64,000 nucleotides of DNA, taken from contig JAUCBJ010001431.1 of NCBI GenBank assembly GCA_032718475.1, positions 62,001-126,000 of the forward strand. Direction: 5' to 3'. The position numbers were made by a program, and so were the translations under genes. The notes below the pieces were generated by a model. That model was not told where the DNA came from. It worked only from the letters and a program-made list of their open reading frames with translations, and did no database searches. This document shows, in pieces, positions 62,477-64,000 of the stretch. Each line of letters opens with the position of its first letter. Positions within the stretch are counted from its first letter, which is position 1. The DNA is from Nemertoderma westbladi. Taxonomy: Eukaryota; Animalia; Xenacoelomorpha.

Positions 62477-64000
62477 GTTAAACTCACCCAGTTTGATACA
62501 GAGACTAACTAATGTAAGTTAAACTTACCCAGTTTGATACAGAGACTAACTAATGTAAGTTAAACTTACCCAGTTTGATACAGAGACTGATGTAAGTTAA
62601 ACTTACCCAGTTTGATACAGAGACTGCTGTAAGTTAAACTTACCCAGTTTGATACAGAGACTAATGTAAGTTAAACTTACCCAGTTTGATACAGCGACTA
62701 ACTAATGTAAGTTAAACTTACCCAGTTTGATACAGAGACTAATGTAAGTTAAACTTACCCAGTTTGATACAGAGACTGATGTAAGTTAAACTTACCCAGT
62801 TTGATACAGAGACTGATGTAAGTTAAACTTACCCAGTTTGATACAAAGACTAACTAATGTAAGTTAAACTTACCCAGTTTGATACAGAGACTAATGTAAG
62901 TTAAACTTACCCAGTTTGATACAGAGACTAATGTAAGTTAAACTTACCCAGTTTGATACAGAGACTAATGTAAGTTAAACTTACCCAGTTTGATACAGAG
63001 ACTAACTAATGTAAGTTAAACTTACCCAGTTTGATACAGAGACTAACTAATGTAAGTTAAACTTACCCAGTTTGATACAGAGACTAATGTAAGTTAAACT
63101 TACCCAGTTTGATACAGAGACTGATGTAAGTTAAACTTACCCAGTTTGATACAGAGACTGATGTAAGTTAAACTTACCCAGTTTGATACAGAGACTAACT
63201 AATGTAAGTTAAACTTACCCAGTTTGATACAGAGACTAATGTAAGTTAAACTTACCCAGTTTGATACAGAGACTAATGTAAGTTAAACTTACCCAGTTTG
63301 ATACAGAGACTAATGTAAGTTAAACTTACCCAGTTTGATACAGAGACTAACTAATGTAAGTTAAACTTACCCAGTTTGATACAGAGACTAATGTAAGTTA
63401 AACTTACCCAGTTTGATACAGAGACTGATGTAAGTTAAACTTACCCAGTTTGATACAGAGACTAACTAATGTAAGTTAAACTTACCCAGTTTGATACAGA
63501 GACTAATGTAAGTTAAACTTACCCAGTTTGATACAGAGACTAATGTAAGTTAAACTTACCCAGTTTGATACAGAGACTAATGTATGTTAAACTTACCCAG
63601 TTTGATACAGAGACTGATGTAAGTTAAACTTACCCAGTTTGATACGGAGACTAACTAATGTAAGTTAAACTTACCCAGTTTGATACAGAGACTAATGTAA
63701 GTTAAACTTACCCAGTTTGATACAGAGACTAATGTAAGTTAAACTTACTCAGTTTGATACAGAGACTAATGTAAGTTAAACTTACCCAGTTTGATACAGA
63801 GACTAACTAATGTAAGTTAAACTTACTCAGTTTGATACAGAGACTGATGTAAGTTAAACTTACCCAGTTTGATACAGAGACTAATGTAAGTTAAACTTAC
63901 CCAGTTTGATACAGAGACTAATGTAAGTTAAACTTACCCAGTTTGATACAGAGACTGATGTAAGTTAAACTTACCCAGTTTGATACGGAGACTAACTAAT
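62477..64000. repeat. 37-bp satellite, right block (continues past the window)
   Basis: Same unit; resumes in register after the TSD. Confidence 0.98.

Noticed and set aside
52330-64000. CRISPR array (37-bp palindromic repeat)
   Set aside because: Units are head to tail with no unique spacers, there are no cas genes, and the context is eukaryotic.

Overview
Eukaryotic (invertebrate metazoan-like) genomic DNA dominated by nested mobile elements. Host genes: a two-exon type II membrane fibrinogen-domain gene (11078-16775), an intronless FBXO11-like F-box/beta-helix gene with a partial duplicate, and an unrecognised spliced minus-strand gene. The last coding exon of that gene is split by a deleted Polinton/Maverick (39732-49724; AGTAGT ends, 6-bp TSD), which itself carries a Gypsy element (42798-48007), and a 7.85-kb tandem duplication copies part of this nest. 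A 37-bp satellite (52330-64000) holds a very young Bel/Pao-family LTR element (54515-62476; LTRs identical by eye, TSD GTTAA) encoding only a 1933-aa Gag-protease. Two more LTRs of that family lie at 1609-2155 and 23339-23916. The best novelty candidate is this family: the one complete copy has no tRNA primer-binding site, but a 9-nt LTR loop is complementary to the bases directly after the 5' LTR (candidate self-priming), the 3' RNA hairpins covary between copies, and the sister element ends in an extra triple zinc-knuckle ORF. Also present are Harbinger MITEs, a Mutator-like foldback, Helitron/Helentron-like repeats, CRE-like LINE relics and TAGGCCTA insertions. All comparisons were made by eye; no searches were run.
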